NCBI GenBank assembly: GCA_016931775.1
Contig: JAFGEC010000232.1
Coordinates: forward strand, 1 to 51,673
Direction of reading: 5' to 3'
Origin: Candidatus Zhuqueibacterota bacterium
GTDB lineage: Bacteria; Zhuqueibacterota; Zhuqueibacteria; Residuimicrobiales; JAFGEC01
Length of the DNA: 51,673 bases
How positions within the stretch are numbered: the stretch's first letter is position 1; each line of letters opens with the position of its first letter. The translations under genes and the position numbers were made by a program. Of this stretch, positions 26,921 to 36,235 are shown piece by piece. Under the pieces are notes generated by a model. It was not told the DNA's origin. It made no database searches and saw only the letters and a list, made by a program, of their open reading frames with translations.

Positions 26921-28402
26921 ATGACTTTAAAACAAAAGACAATTTCGGGCGTTTTGTGGACCGGCGTCGCAAAGTTGGTGTTGCAGTGTTATTTGGTCGT
27001 AGTAATGGTCATTCTGGCCCGTTTACTCGCCGTAAAAGATTTCGGGATTATCGGTATGGCGCCGTTATTAACGGTGGCCATAAGTATCGTCAATGACAGG
27101 GGATTAGGTTCCGCCATTGTGCAGAAAAAGAACCTGGATCAAAATCATCTTTCGTCGGTTTTTTGGGGTGGTATAATTTTCAGCACGGTTCTTTTTGCGT
27201 TATCTTTGATGCTCGCTGCGCCGCTTGCACGATTCCTACATGAACCACAACTCGAATCCGTCATTTCCGTCCTTGCTGTCGGCTTTATTATCGGATCGTT
27301 TGCCATCGTACAGAGAGGATTGCTTACCAGGGAAATGGATTTTAAAAAATTGGCAATTATAGAGGTTTTTTCCGTAAGCGTCAGCGGAACCGCTGCTGTT
27401 GTTATGGCGCTTATGGGATTCGGCGTTTGGAGCTTGGTAAGCAATATTCTTTTAAAATATATTCTGGATGTGATATGTTTTTGGAAATTTAGTAAATGGC
27501 GGCCGTTGCTACATTTCCGTTACCGGGAATTTAAAGAGTATTTTACCTATAGTGGCAGTGTGATGGCTACAGATTCCGTGGTATATCTGAATAACGTTGC
27601 TGATATATCCATTATTGAAAAAATGTTGGGATCTGAGCTGTTCGGATTTTACAGTATGGCGATGAATTTTGTTAAAATTCCTATTACCCGACTATCCGCA
27701 ATAGTGGCCAAAGTGGTCTTTCCTGCTTTTTCTCAAGTACAAAATGACATGCTCAAGTTTAAAAATGGCTATTTAAAGGCAACCGGCCTTATTTCAGTTA
27801 TCACATTTCCGGTACTGGCAGGTATGGCGCTTTTAGCCCGTGAGTTCATAATTGTATTTTTTACGGAAAAATGGCTGCCGATGGCTACGCCACTCATCCT
27901 GTTAACACCCATGGCTATTCTCAAATCAGTCGGGACCATCCGGGGTCCCGTCTTTAAAGCATGCGGCAGACCGGATATTCTGTTTAAATGGAATGTGGCC
28001 TATTTTATTTTGCTCGTTGCAGCGGTTTATTGGGGCACACGTTACGGTTTGACGGGCGTCGCTGCTTGTTATACCGGGTTATATGTTATCACATTTCCAA
28101 TCATTCAAAAAATTACCAACCGGCAGGTTAACGTGAAAGACCGTGAATACTATCGTGTAATCTCTACCAGTTTTGTCGCGTCGGCTCTGATGTTGGGCGT
28201 TGGTCTGGTAACAAAGGTGATATTAAAACATTTCTTCAAATCTCATGTAATGGTAGTATTGTTCTCCTGTTTTATTGTATGTATACTTGTATATATCGGC
28301 TTGGTTTTTTTACTTGATCGAAATATTGTAAATGAATTTATAGAAATAATGATTCAGCGAAAATATAAAAAAAATCAGCAGGGAAAATCCGACGCGTTAT
28401 GA
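26921..28402 (+). CDS. Wzx-type (MOP superfamily) lipid-linked oligosaccharide flippase
   Basis: 493 aa, ~12-14 TM helices. The N-terminus KTISGVLWTGVAKLVLQCYLVVVMVILARLL..DFG is typical of polysaccharide biosynthesis (Polysacc_synt) proteins. Confidence 0.8.
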   Translation: MTLKQKTISGVLWTGVAKLVLQCYLVVVMVILARLLAVKDFGIIGMAPLLTVAISIVNDRGLGSAIVQKKNLDQNHLSSVFWGGIIFSTVLFALSLMLAAPLARFLHEPQLESVISVLAVGFIIGSFAIVQRGLLTREMDFKKLAIIEVFSVSVSGTAAVVMALMGFGVWSLVSNILLKYILDVICFWKFSKWRPLLHFRYREFKEYFTYSGSVMATDSVVYLNNVADISIIEKMLGSELFGFYSMAMNFVKIPITRLSAIVAKVVFPAFSQVQNDMLKFKNGYLKATGLISVITFPVLAGMALLAREFIIVFFTEKWLPMATPLILLTPMAILKSVGTIRGPVFKACGRPDILFKWNVAYFILLVAAVYWGTRYGLTGVAACYTGLYVITFPIIQKITNRQVNVKDREYYRVISTSFVASALMLGVGLVTKVILKHFFKSHVMVVLFSCFIVCILVYIGLVFLLDRNIVNEFIEIMIQRKYKKNQQGKSDAL

Positions 28403-29502
28403 AAATTGCTATAATGGGAATACGAGGGATTCCGGCCAATTACGGCGGTTTCGAAACTTTTATCGAGGAAATGGCTCCTCGCCTTGCAGCAAAAGGACAC
28501 CAAGTTACCGTGTTCGGTCGTTCGCAATATATACAGTACGATCAAAAATATTATAAAAACGTGCGACTGCGAATTTTCCCAACCATCGGTCACAAGTATC
28601 TTGATACGGTGGTTCATACATTCTTATGTGCTCTTGTTAGTTTTTTTGACCGTTATGATGTCGTGTTTATTTGTAACAGTGCCAACGCGATATTTTCTTT
28701 CATGCCGCGCCTCTGGTTTAAACCTACCGTGCTCAATGTAGACGGATTGGAGTGGAAAAGGCAAAAATGGAATTGGGCCGGAAAGGCATTCTACAGGGTA
28801 TCCGAATTTCTGGCAACGTTTCTTCCCACAGCTATCGTATCCGACGCAAGAGAAGTTGAACGATACTATTTGCAAAAATTTGGCAAAAAGTCATGTTTTA
28901 TCCCCTACGGTGCGCCGGATGGCCCGGTCAAAAGTGTGGATATATTAAAAAAGTATAAACTTGAACCAAATGAATATATTTTGTACGTTAGTCGTATGGA
29001 GCCGGAAAACAATGCTCATAGAGTTGTCAGAGCTTTTGAGCGCGTAAAAACAGAGAAAAAACTTGTTATGGTCGGTGATGCACCTTACAGTCATGAATAT
29101 ATCGAAAATTTGAAAAAAACCAATGACCGGCGGATTATCTTTACCGGTTATGTGTTTGGACAAGGATATCGAGAATTTCAGAGCCATGCATATTTTTACA
29201 TCCAGGCAACGGAGGTCGGCGGTACACATCCGGCATTGTTGGAAGGAATGGGTTTCGGCAATTGTATTTTGGCCAACCGGGTACCGGAACACGAAGAGGT
29301 CGTTGGAGATGCCGGTATTTATTTTTCCACTGTTGACAACAACGACTTGACGGCAAAATTACAGCAACTGTGTGATCATCCGGAAATAGTGCAAAAATAT
29401 CGGATAAAAGTCCGACAGCGAGTCAAACAAAAGTATAACTGGGATGTGGTGACAAGACAATATGAAAGTTTGTTTTTTCGTGTTGCGAAAAACAAGGAAT
29501 AA
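28399..29502 (+). CDS. GT-B glycosyltransferase with DUF1972-type N-terminal domain (WchF/RgpA-like, often rhamnosyltransferases)
   Basis: 367 aa. MKIAIMGIRGIPANYGGFETFIEE is the hallmark DUF1972 N-terminus. C-terminal EVGGTHPALLEGMGFGNCILA. ATGA overlap with the upstream stop. Confidence 0.8.
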   Translation: MKIAIMGIRGIPANYGGFETFIEEMAPRLAAKGHQVTVFGRSQYIQYDQKYYKNVRLRIFPTIGHKYLDTVVHTFLCALVSFFDRYDVVFICNSANAIFSFMPRLWFKPTVLNVDGLEWKRQKWNWAGKAFYRVSEFLATFLPTAIVSDAREVERYYLQKFGKKSCFIPYGAPDGPVKSVDILKKYKLEPNEYILYVSRMEPENNAHRVVRAFERVKTEKKLVMVGDAPYSHEYIENLKKTNDRRIIFTGYVFGQGYREFQSHAYFYIQATEVGGTHPALLEGMGFGNCILANRVPEHEEVVGDAGIYFSTVDNNDLTAKLQQLCDHPEIVQKYRIKVRQRVKQKYNWDVVTRQYESLFFRVAKNKE

Positions 29503-29526
29503 TTTTTTTAAATATGGAGAATATTG

Positions 29527-30255
29527 ATGGTTAATTCGTTGTCAATTTTGATCGCAATTCCTGCCTATAACGAAGAAAAGAGTATCAGTGATGTGATTGG
29601 TCGGGTACGGTCTTCTTTGGGAGAGTATGACCTATTGGTCGTTAACGACGGATCCGTAGACAATACTGCCAAAGTGCTTAAACAAGAAAATGTCACTACG
29701 GCAACACATTTATGCAATCTTGGTTATGGACGTGCTATTCAAACCATTGTTAAATTTGCCCTTAAAAACGGATATGATGGTCTGATTACACTGGATGCCG
29801 ACGGCCAACACCAACCCGAGCAAATAAGAGAATTGATTCGGTCATTTGAAAACAGCGATGTGGATATGATCATCGGTTCACGGCATTTGGGGAAAAACGC
29901 CTATAAGAATATCCCCTTCGGTCGGAAAATTGGAATGCTGCTGTTTTCCCGTATCGTGGGGCTTTTGTGTGGAAAACGAATATATGATACATCATCCGGA
30001 TTGAAAGCCATCCGTAAAACCGTATTTAAACCGCTGATCGAATGTAATTTTGTTGATTTTCATGCCGAAGCAATCGTATATTTGATGAGGCTTGGTTATA
30101 AACTTGACGAGTTTCCAATTACTGTGGCAGAGCGAACTGCGGGTGAATCCATGTATTCTTTTTTGAACCATTTTAAATATCCTCTTAAAACCGGTTTGCT
30201 CATTGTGTTATCAATCATGGATGCGGAAATTAAAAAGAGAGGGGTTCAAAAATGA
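29527..30255 (+). CDS. GT2 polyprenyl-phosphate glycosyltransferase-like (Dpm1/PpgS-like, no long TM tail)
   Basis: ~243 aa. IAIPAYNEE, VNDGSVDNT, LDADGQHQP (DxD), DTSSGLKA. Confidence 0.85.
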   Translation: MVNSLSILIAIPAYNEEKSISDVIGRVRSSLGEYDLLVVNDGSVDNTAKVLKQENVTTATHLCNLGYGRAIQTIVKFALKNGYDGLITLDADGQHQPEQIRELIRSFENSDVDMIIGSRHLGKNAYKNIPFGRKIGMLLFSRIVGLLCGKRIYDTSSGLKAIRKTVFKPLIECNFVDFHAEAIVYLMRLGYKLDEFPITVAERTAGESMYSFLNHFKYPLKTGLLIVLSIMDAEIKKRGVQK

Positions 30256-30623
30256 CTGTTCAGGGAATTATTCTGCTTGATATTATCGGCATAGCTTTTA
30301 TTTTTTGGATTATTTCTCTTGTTAGACATACTCGACTTTATGTGGGCTATGGCGTTATTTTTATCACATCGATATTTGCCACTATGATGATTATATCCGT
30401 TCCATTTCTGCTGCATCTGATTACCCGGCTGATGGGGGCGCTGTTTCCGGCTTCCGCTCTTACAATGCTGGCTTTGGGATTTATTATCTTCCTTTTGATC
30501 TATATACTTACCCAAACCACCATCTTATCCAATCGGCTGTCGCGCCTGGTTCAGGAAATCGCCATTCGAGATGCGGAGCAGCAAAAAAAAAATTTAAATA
30601 AAAATACGAATGCCTTTGAATAA
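30252..30623 (+). CDS. Small 4-TM membrane protein, DUF2304-like
   Basis: 123 aa. Three to four TM helices followed by an amphipathic tail, LSNRLSRLVQEIAIRD. Position immediately after a Dpm1-like GT2 (ATGA overlap) and before a GT-C gene is the usual DUF2304 context. Confidence 0.6.
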   Translation: MTVQGIILLDIIGIAFIFWIISLVRHTRLYVGYGVIFITSIFATMMIISVPFLLHLITRLMGALFPASALTMLALGFIIFLLIYILTQTTILSNRLSRLVQEIAIRDAEQQKKNLNKNTNAFE

Positions 30624-32250
30624 CGACAAGAAAATTTTCTATATTTTAATAGCCATATTGTTGGTATCGGCCGGGTTGCGGTTTTACTCGATTCATTTTG
30701 GTGAACCTTTCCGTTACCATCCCGACGAGGTGAAACTGCTATCGACGGCCGGACGTTTGCTGCAATCCAAATTTGTTGACAGCGACGCTTATTTTGCCTA
30801 CGGTGTTTATCCCGTTTTTTTTACCCTTTTGCTGGCCGTTTTGATAGGTGTTTTTATTATAATGAACATTTTAACAGGACGTTTTGCCTCCTTTGACGAT
30901 GCACGAATTCTTTATGAGAATAATCCTTTCCCTTTTTTGGCTGTCGGCCGATATTTCGTCGCCTTTCTGGGCATTTGTACCGTGTATGTTATGTACCGGC
31001 TCTTAAAGAGAATGTACAATAAGACGGTTGCCATTCTCGGCGCTGCTTTATTGGCTGTAAATTTTGTTCATGTTCGAAATTCTCATTTCAGCACCGTTGA
31101 TGTTCCTGCAACCTTCTTTACACTCTTGGGATTGTATTTTTGTGCACTGATTATCGAGAAACCTCGTCTGCGCTATTATCTTTTCGCCGCTGTTTTTATC
31201 GGTTGGGCTTTTGCCACAAAATTCAGCCTGTTTTTTTTAGCTTTGCCTTTTATTTATGCCCATTTCTGTGCATCATATACTGAAAAGTCATTTGTAACGC
31301 GATTATTGAGCAAAAATTTTTGGATTGGTTCCGTAACCGGTGTCGTCGCGTTTGTTCTTGCCTGCCCTATTATTTTCTTAAATTTCGAAAAAACCTGGGG
31401 TGGGATAATGAGGACGAAAAACTTCGAGAGCGCCGGAAAAATCGGCAGCGGTGGTGCATTGCTCTCTTATTGGACCGGACAGCAATCAGAAGGTTTTGGC
31501 GTTTTTTACCCCAATTCCATTCCCCATACTTTTGGCGTATTGCTTACCCTTATCGCCGTTTTGGGAATTTTCTATTTATGGATCCGTCATCGCAAGCAGG
31601 ATATTTTATTGCTGGCTTTTTTTATCCCTTCCTATATTATGTTCGAAGGTATGGCATACCGCGCCATGCGTCATATTTTACCTTTGATTCCCGTTATTTT
31701 GGCAGCGGTTGCTGTTTTTCTTGGCAGACTATTTATAATTTTTGGGTCAAAAAAACGTAAATATATTATTGTAGTGACCATGCTCGCGCTTTTGGGCAGT
31801 TCGGTGGCCAGAACGACGTTTTATCTCTATTATCTCGGTCAACCGGATCCGCGCAGCCAGGCACTGGAATGGTGCTTGGAACATATACCGGAGTCGAGTT
31901 CAGTAGCTGTAGAGTCATTCCCGCCGTTTTTACCCGGTTACAATGGAAATGAAGTGAAAGGTTCGACACGGTATAACATCTTTGAAATGAATTTGCTCCA
32001 GAAAGACTCCCGGCTCAGTTCAAAGCTGGTGAAAACTATTGCACAAGATTCCATTAATTACTATATTATGGATGGTTTTACACGTCATGTGTTTGACTGG
32101 GAGCAAACGTACCGTCGCTACCCTGAAATAATCAAAGACAGACAAAAATTTTTCCAATGGCTCAATTCCCACAGCCGAATTGTCGCGGAATTTAAACCTG
32201 CAAATGATAAAATTCAGCCTTTTATTCGGATTTATAGGATTATGTTTTGA
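30610..32250 (+). CDS. GT-C fold glycosyltransferase (ArnT/PMT_2-like)
   Basis: 546 aa, multi-TM with a soluble C-terminal domain. The first-loop motif FRYHPDEVKLL follows TM1. Confidence 0.75.
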   Translation: MPLNNDKKIFYILIAILLVSAGLRFYSIHFGEPFRYHPDEVKLLSTAGRLLQSKFVDSDAYFAYGVYPVFFTLLLAVLIGVFIIMNILTGRFASFDDARILYENNPFPFLAVGRYFVAFLGICTVYVMYRLLKRMYNKTVAILGAALLAVNFVHVRNSHFSTVDVPATFFTLLGLYFCALIIEKPRLRYYLFAAVFIGWAFATKFSLFFLALPFIYAHFCASYTEKSFVTRLLSKNFWIGSVTGVVAFVLACPIIFLNFEKTWGGIMRTKNFESAGKIGSGGALLSYWTGQQSEGFGVFYPNSIPHTFGVLLTLIAVLGIFYLWIRHRKQDILLLAFFIPSYIMFEGMAYRAMRHILPLIPVILAAVAVFLGRLFIIFGSKKRKYIIVVTMLALLGSSVARTTFYLYYLGQPDPRSQALEWCLEHIPESSSVAVESFPPFLPGYNGNEVKGSTRYNIFEMNLLQKDSRLSSKLVKTIAQDSINYYIMDGFTRHVFDWEQTYRRYPEIIKDRQKFFQWLNSHSRIVAEFKPANDKIQPFIRIYRIMF

Positions 32251-33989
32251 AAAGAATTTCTGAAAATAAAATTGTTCTTTTGATTTTTCTCGTTGCTCTG
32301 ATTTTGCGCGTGGCGTATGTTTTGAGTCTGGAAGAAAAATGGTATTTTTTTGATACGGTTTACTATGATGCTGCCGCTCAATCGCTGATTCAGGGTGAGG
32401 GATTCGGCCCCAGCTTGTATTTTCAAAATCTGTATGCAAATTATTGTCTTGAACCCCTTTATCCGCTGTTTCTTGCAAGCGCTTATGGCATATTCGGACA
32501 CTCTTTTCTTGTTCCCCGTATTTATCAGGTGATTTTGAGTATGCTTGTGCTCCTTTTACTTTACATTTTGAGCAAAAAACTTTGTCCCTCTCATTGCTCA
32601 TTAGTGTTACTTTTATATGGCGCCGTGTTTCCGTTTTTTGTGTTTATAACAGGGCTTTTATACATTACGCAATTGTTTACTTTTTTTATTGTTTTGCAAA
32701 TTTTTGTTTTTTATCGGTTTTATATAACACAGCGTTTGGGCTGGTTGATAGTCGGCGGATTGCTGATGGGATTGGCGATTCTGGCGCGACCAATTTATTT
32801 ATTGAGCATTCCTCTGTTTTATTTGTGGGTGTTTTTCGCTTGTAAAGGCAGGTTTGGGAAAAAGACGTTAACCGTTTTTGTTTCGGTGATTTTAACAATG
32901 CTTGCTTTGACACCGTGGACCGTACGAAATGCTCTGGTTTTTCAAAAATTTGCTTTTGCCCGGGCCTGCCTTTCGCAATCGGAAGCCTTTGGCAGCACCT
33001 TTTGGGAAATACAAAGACGAAAGGTTTACGGTGAGCATGGATTTCGAGCGCGTCAACTGGGTGTACATTGTTATTTTGAAAACAATAGAGTCGCTGTTGA
33101 TTATTATGTTGATGGTAAACCTGAATATAAATATGTTTCTTTGGAAGATATAAACCTCCCCGATTTTGATTCTTATTCGGGTATTTTGTTCTGTGGTCCC
33201 TTTGAGAACCGATTAAAGAGTATTCGTGGTTATGAACGGTCGATAAGTGGTGCCGATACAACTGATCATATCGTGTTCAATTCGGACTCTCCTGAGATCG
33301 ATTTCGTGCATGTACATAATGTACAAAAAACCGATTCGTTTTTTGTCTTTTCTGCTGATGGTGATGGATGGGAATTTCCCATGGTTTTTACGCAAGGTGG
33401 ACGATCAAATTACTTTGAAATGGATTATGCACCGGGCACGATGGCACAGCAGGCACGCCGGGTTGCCATGTTGATTTATCTTGATAAACCGCAGCTAAAA
33501 TCAACAGGCCTCATGGTTTGGCTGCATCCGTGGGGTGAGCCGGATTTGTGGCGTTTTGAAAACGGAAAACCCGCGTCTTCCATTCAAGTTTTAAAATATC
33601 CTTACGAGTCGAAGCGTTACAGTTTTAAAAACCTGTTGTCAAAATACCCCAAAGAGTATTTACTTGTTCATTATATCCCTAGATTTCTACGATTTTGGTC
33701 ACCCAAGGTGACAGGGGTACGAAACAAAGAGCAGCAGCCCGGTCCTTTAAAACAAGCTTTGTCGATCTCTTTTTTCATACCGGTATTGATCCTTTTCCCG
33801 TTTGGTATCTGGAAGATGAGGAGGAACTTTATAACGTTGGCTTTACTGTTGATCCCGATCGTTACGCTCAGTTTCGGGTATTCAATTTTCGGTACACAAA
33901 CAAGATACCGGATTCCCATAGATGGATTTTTAATTCTGTTGGCTGCCCAGGGATTGTCTTTGTTGCGTGGTGTAAAAAAGGAATGCTGA
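32247..33989 (+). CDS. GT-C fold glycosyltransferase-like membrane protein with a large internal soluble domain
   Basis: 580 aa. The N-terminus KIVLLIFLVALILRVAYVL...FFDTVYYDAAAQSLIQGEGFG is typical of ArnT-like proteins. A ~260-aa non-membrane segment lies between the TM bundle and the last two TM helices. TTGA overlap with the upstream stop. Confidence 0.65.
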   Translation: MKRISENKIVLLIFLVALILRVAYVLSLEEKWYFFDTVYYDAAAQSLIQGEGFGPSLYFQNLYANYCLEPLYPLFLASAYGIFGHSFLVPRIYQVILSMLVLLLLYILSKKLCPSHCSLVLLLYGAVFPFFVFITGLLYITQLFTFFIVLQIFVFYRFYITQRLGWLIVGGLLMGLAILARPIYLLSIPLFYLWVFFACKGRFGKKTLTVFVSVILTMLALTPWTVRNALVFQKFAFARACLSQSEAFGSTFWEIQRRKVYGEHGFRARQLGVHCYFENNRVAVDYYVDGKPEYKYVSLEDINLPDFDSYSGILFCGPFENRLKSIRGYERSISGADTTDHIVFNSDSPEIDFVHVHNVQKTDSFFVFSADGDGWEFPMVFTQGGRSNYFEMDYAPGTMAQQARRVAMLIYLDKPQLKSTGLMVWLHPWGEPDLWRFENGKPASSIQVLKYPYESKRYSFKNLLSKYPKEYLLVHYIPRFLRFWSPKVTGVRNKEQQPGPLKQALSISFFIPVLILFPFGIWKMRRNFITLALLLIPIVTLSFGYSIFGTQTRYRIPIDGFLILLAAQGLSLLRGVKKEC

Positions 33990-34934
33990 ATGTATAAAAA
34001 TAAAAAAAATTGTGTTGTTGTACCCGCCTATAACGAGTCCACCCAGATTAACCGAGTTCTGGAATCAATGCCGGAGTTTGTTGATAAAATAGTTGTTGTG
34101 AATGATAACAGCAAGGATAATACGGCAAAAATCGTGCAAGAATACGACAGCGACCGAGTTGTACTCATAAATCATGATATCAACCAGGGTGTGGGCGGAG
34201 CGATCGCAAGCGGATACAAATGGGCACGTGATAATGATTACGATGTAGCCATCGTTATGGCGGGTGACGGACAGATGGATCCCGGAGATCTGCCGGCTGT
34301 TCTCGATCCTGTTGTTGAAAACCGTGCCGATTATTCAAAAGGCAATCGGCTTTTTACCGGCGAGGCGTTTAAGAAAATTCCCAAAATACGATATTTTGGC
34401 AATTCGTTGCTTTCTTTTTTTACTAAAATTGCGTCGGGCTATTGGCACATTGCCGATTCCCAGTCCGGCTATACTGCCATAAATCTTAAAGCATTGCGAA
34501 CCATCGATTGGGACGCAATGTATAAACGATACGGCCAGCCCAACGATCTGTTGGTCAGGTTAAACGTTTACGATTTTCGCGTTTGTGATGTAAAAATAAA
34601 ACCTGTGTATGGAATTGGTGAAATTTCAGGTATTAAATTACGCAAAGTGATATTTACCATTGGATGGTTATTGCTCAAACGGTTCTTCTGGCGACTGGCG
34701 CAAAAATATGTTATCCGTGATTTCCATCCCTTGGTATTCTTTTATATTTTCGGCATAGGCCTTTTAGGCTTGAGTCTGCCGCTGTTTCTGCGTTTTATGT
34801 ACTTTTTATTTACCGTAGGGCGTATTCCCAGTATAAATTTCCTGTCGTGGATGTTATGCATGATTATGGGATTTCAATTTGTCTTTTTTGCCATGTGGTT
34901 CGATATGGAGAGGAACAGGGACCTAAAAGGGTGA
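33990..34934 (+). CDS. GT2 polyprenyl-phosphate glycosyltransferase (GtrB-like) with C-terminal TM helices
   Basis: 314 aa. VVVPAYNE, VNDNSKDNT, MAGDGQMDP (DxD), DSQSGYTA. C-terminal TM pair. Confidence 0.85.
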   Translation: MYKNKKNCVVVPAYNESTQINRVLESMPEFVDKIVVVNDNSKDNTAKIVQEYDSDRVVLINHDINQGVGGAIASGYKWARDNDYDVAIVMAGDGQMDPGDLPAVLDPVVENRADYSKGNRLFTGEAFKKIPKIRYFGNSLLSFFTKIASGYWHIADSQSGYTAINLKALRTIDWDAMYKRYGQPNDLLVRLNVYDFRVCDVKIKPVYGIGEISGIKLRKVIFTIGWLLLKRFFWRLAQKYVIRDFHPLVFFYIFGIGLLGLSLPLFLRFMYFLFTVGRIPSINFLSWMLCMIMGFQFVFFAMWFDMERNRDLKG

Positions 34935-36112
34935 AGAAAATATTACATTTTACCAGCTCTTATCCGCGGGAAAAATCCGACCTTTCGGGTATTTTTATAC
35001 AAAAATTGGCCTTGAATTGTGTTTCCGAATTTCAGATTTTCATTCTTACACCGCATTGTCCCTGTACCGCCAGGCATGAAATTGTTAACGGTATAACAGT
35101 GATCAGATTCCCATATTTTATTCAAAAATACCAACGGCTTGTTTACGGCGATTCGATTTTGCAAAATTTGAAAAGAAATAAATGGCTCTATCTTCAGGTG
35201 CCGTTTTATATTGTGTTTTCGGCTATTTACTTTGCCGCTGCCGTACGCTCCCGTCGTATTGATCTGGTTCACGCACATTGGATTTTCCCCCATGGATTTG
35301 TGGCCGTTTTAATGAAAAGATTGCTGAATTTACAGTGTAAAATAATCATCACATCGCATGGCAGTGATATGTTTTCAATGAACGGTTGGATTTTTCAGAA
35401 ATTGAAAAAATACGCCCTTTCTTATTGTGATAAAATAAATGTCGTAAGCTCTGCAATTCAGGATAAAATTATCAAAAATTTTGGCTTGACAAATATCGCC
35501 CGGATACCTATGGGCACAGAGGCGGACATGTTTATCCGAGCAAAGCCAAAACCGGTCGAACAGGATTATCTGTTGTTCGTCGGCCGTTTGAGTGAGAAAA
35601 AGGGCGTGACCTATCTACTTGATGCTTTTCGCATTATCCGTTCCGAAGGTTATACTTTAAAATTGGTCATTATCGGCTCCGGCAACCAAAAAAAACGGCT
35701 CGAAGCGCAGGCAAAAAGACTTTTATTAAACGGGCATGTAATTTTTGCAGATGCAATGGAACAGCAAAAGCTGGCGGCTTTTTATCAACATGCCCGTGTC
35801 CTCATCGGACCGTCAATTTCCGAAGGATTTGGTCTGGTTTTCGTTGAGGCCATGCTGGCAAAATGCCCGGTCGTGGCTTCAAATATCGGCGGAATACCGG
35901 ATTTAATTCAACATGAAAAAACCGGACTTTTGGTGGAGCAAAAACAGCCTGTGCAAATCGCCAGGGCCGTTGAACGTCTTTTAAATGATCCCGTATTTTC
36001 TGAAAAAATAGTGGAAAGGGCATTTAATTATGCACAGCAGCATTTCACCTGGAACGCTGTTTCCAAACAGTTCAAATTACTTTATGATCAGGTGCTCGCG
36101 GAAGTGTCTTGA
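34931..36112 (+). CDS. GT-B fold glycosyltransferase (GT4-like)
   Basis: Start placed at GTG 34931 (VKKILHFTSSYP; GTGA overlap with the upstream stop). C-terminal GPSISEGFGLVFVEAMLAKCPVVASNIGGIPDLI E-x7-E block. Confidence 0.85.
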   Translation: MKKILHFTSSYPREKSDLSGIFIQKLALNCVSEFQIFILTPHCPCTARHEIVNGITVIRFPYFIQKYQRLVYGDSILQNLKRNKWLYLQVPFYIVFSAIYFAAAVRSRRIDLVHAHWIFPHGFVAVLMKRLLNLQCKIIITSHGSDMFSMNGWIFQKLKKYALSYCDKINVVSSAIQDKIIKNFGLTNIARIPMGTEADMFIRAKPKPVEQDYLLFVGRLSEKKGVTYLLDAFRIIRSEGYTLKLVIIGSGNQKKRLEAQAKRLLLNGHVIFADAMEQQKLAAFYQHARVLIGPSISEGFGLVFVEAMLAKCPVVASNIGGIPDLIQHEKTGLLVEQKQPVQIARAVERLLNDPVFSEKIVERAFNYAQQHFTWNAVSKQFKLLYDQVLAEVS

Positions 36113-36235
36113 ATGAAATATCATTTTTTAAATCGGTTTTATAAAAAATACTTTCACGGCATTATTTCTGCAACTGAATATATTAAATATCTTTTGACTC
36201 GAAAATCTGAACTTTTATTTTTGCATCCGCTATGA
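36113..36235 (+). CDS. Candidate 40-aa micro-ORF filling the intergenic gap (hypothetical)
   Basis: ATG 36113 immediately follows TGA 36110-36112. Its TGA stop (36233-36235) overlaps ATG 36232 of the next gene. Product: MKYHFLNRFYKKYFHGIISATEYIKYLLTRKSELLFLHPL. No homology recognised. Confidence 0.2.
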   Translation: MKYHFLNRFYKKYFHGIISATEYIKYLLTRKSELLFLHPL

